A stretch of DNA of 64,000 nt, taken from assembly GCF_006345805.1 (NCBI RefSeq), contig NC_043009.1, positions 16,554,001 to 16,618,000 of the forward strand, in the 5' to 3' direction. Numbering within the stretch: position 1 is the stretch's first letter; each line of letters opens with the position of its first letter. The translations under genes were made by a program, and so were the position numbers. Under the pieces are notes generated by a model. The model saw only the letters and a list, made by a program, of their open reading frames with translations. It did no database searches and was not told the DNA's origin. The DNA is from Octopus sinensis. Its lineage: Eukaryota. This document shows positions 62,270 to 64,000 of this stretch, piece by piece.

Positions 62270-62940
62270 TTCAAGTTGATAATGTTTTTCTTAGGATGTG
62301 AGCTATGTCCCATGAGAAAATTATTTATAGTTCTAATACTTTTGGTTTTCCTGTTATTTGGCCATAGTGCTTAAGAGTGCCAGTTGGCATTGTCCTCTTA
62401 CAACCATAGTTGTTGTAAGATACCACATTTATGAAACCTCTGCCTGAAGAGCCTTGAATTTACTTAATTTTTGAAATGCTTTTATAGATGTGTTGCAATC
62501 TGCTGGGACTGACATACCTAAGAGCAGACATGTTTTCATGGCATGATTTTTTTACCACAATATCTGGTCTGTTGACCTGAATAGCATGATCAGTCTGAAT
62601 ACTGAAGTCCCAAAGAATGATGATATCTTTATTTTCTGCTACTTTGTGAGGTTTATATTCCCGCCAGTTCTTTGCATATAAGTGTTCAAACTTACTGCAT
62701 ATGATTCCAGTGCAACTACTGACCAAGTCTATCATTTCATTTGGGGCATCCAGAGATGAAGTGTTCAATTCTTCCTCTGGCTATGCCACAAAAGCGGCAG
62801 GTGAGATCAGCCCCATTTTTAAGAATGATAGCTTGGAAGTTTCCAGTAGGCAAACTCTGATCCTGAGCTATTATAATGAAACCTTTGTTTCCAATTGAAG
62901 TCCAGATGCAGCCAACCATTGATGGATCATATTTTTATCA
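62270..62940 (-). mobile_element. R4/Dong-like non-LTR element C-terminus (CCHC knuckle and restriction-like endonuclease)
   Basis: AQDQSLPT...CRFCG...EHFISGC; ILWDFSIQTDHAIQVNRPDIVV; terminal GxAHILRK. Confidence 0.8.
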
Positions 62941-63014
62941 ACATCAGGATAAGTGGCCATTGTAGGCTATCTGCCATGCAATGCCTTATACTTCCATCTA
63001 TTTTGCAGATCTGT

Positions 63015-63560
63015 GGCTGTGAGCTGGTAGAATCATTAGCATGCCAGACGAAATGCTTAGCAGTATTTCACTCATCAATATATTCTGAGTTTAAATTCAA
63101 CCGAGGTTGACTTTGCCTTTCATCCTTTTGGATTTGATAAATTAAGTACCAGTTATGCACTGGGGTCAATGTAACGACTAGTCCCCTCCTTCCAAATTTC
63201 AAGCCTTGTGCCTTTAGTAGAAAGGATTATTATTATCATTATTACTATTATTATTTTAAAGGGCTGACGTAACTCTTCACAAAGATAAATAGACAATATG
63301 AAGAGTGTGATGCGATTGGTTGAACGATATTTCAATAGCTTACTGTGGAAATATTGTTCAACCAATAAAATATTTATTGCAATCGCTTCACACTCTTCAC
63401 ATCATCATCATCATCATTATTAAAAAGGCAGTGAGTTGGCAGAATTGTTAGAATGCCGGGTAAAACACTTAGCAGCATTTTGTCTGAAACACTGGGGTCA
63501 ATATAATCAACTAGTCCCTTCCTCACAAATTTCAGGCTTTGTGCTTTAGTGGAAAAGGAT
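63015..63560 (+). mobile_element. two SINE family B copies (63015-63230 and deleted 63425-63560)
   Basis: Match to 5350-5565; both end in (ATT)n. Confidence 0.75.
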
Positions 63561-63562
63561 TA

Positions 63563-63611
<49 letters not shown>

Positions 63612-64000
63612 CTTCTTTCAATTTTGTTTCCATTTCTTGCCGAGTATCTTCCCAACACCTAAAGCAAAGAAACTCATTGTATACATTGGTCATCCATTAA
63701 AATAAGCACACCAGAAGTTTGTTCATTTATAAAGTCATGAGATAGAAGAAAAGGGGAAAGAACTACAGAGAGAAAAAGAAGTAAAAAAAAAAAAGAGAAA
63801 ATGAAAATAAGAAAACAAAGAAAATAAAGGGAGAAAAAAAAGAAAAATTACAGCAACAATGCTCTTCTCAATACATGTGATGTGCCAGTTAAGACAATCT
63901 TTTGCACTTCCTGCATGGATGATAAGCCATCCTCAAATAATTTCAGTTCCTTTTTTTGATCATTCCAAGTGCTCCTAAAATCACTGGTATTGTAAACTGC
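63612..64000 (-). mobile_element. R4/Dong-like element 3' end abutting (TAA)n
   Basis: IPVILGALGMIKK...LSSMQEVQKIVLTGTSHVLRRA then 3' UTR ending at the (ATT)n run. Confidence 0.7.

Overview
AT-rich, microsatellite-dense eukaryotic (metazoan) DNA. The repeat content resembles coleoid cephalopod (octopus-like) genomes; this is an inference, no search was run. The only host gene I can support is the 3' end of a + strand single-pass membrane protein gene: three GT-AG exons at 7385-7465, 8111-8189 and 9720-9915, none recovered in frame by the ORF track, followed by a probable ~4 kb 3' UTR. The rest is transposon debris: tRNA-derived SINEs; RTE, RTE-BovB, CR1-like and R4/Dong-like LINEs; two Gypsy pol relics with an LTR; mariner, Tc1 and piggyBac relics and MITEs; Helitrons; and Penelope-like (PLE) RT and GIY-YIG fragments. 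The most interesting signal is a set of short non-coding elements carrying type I hammerhead ribozyme motifs with palindromic (dimer-type) stem III, together with recurrent fold-back inverted duplications. The best case is a tRNA-headed, hammerhead-bearing element with an inverted partial copy and a 13-bp target-site duplication at 58891-59433. This suggests a PLE-mobilised ribozyme-SINE/retrozyme-like system. Boundaries of degenerate repeats are approximate.
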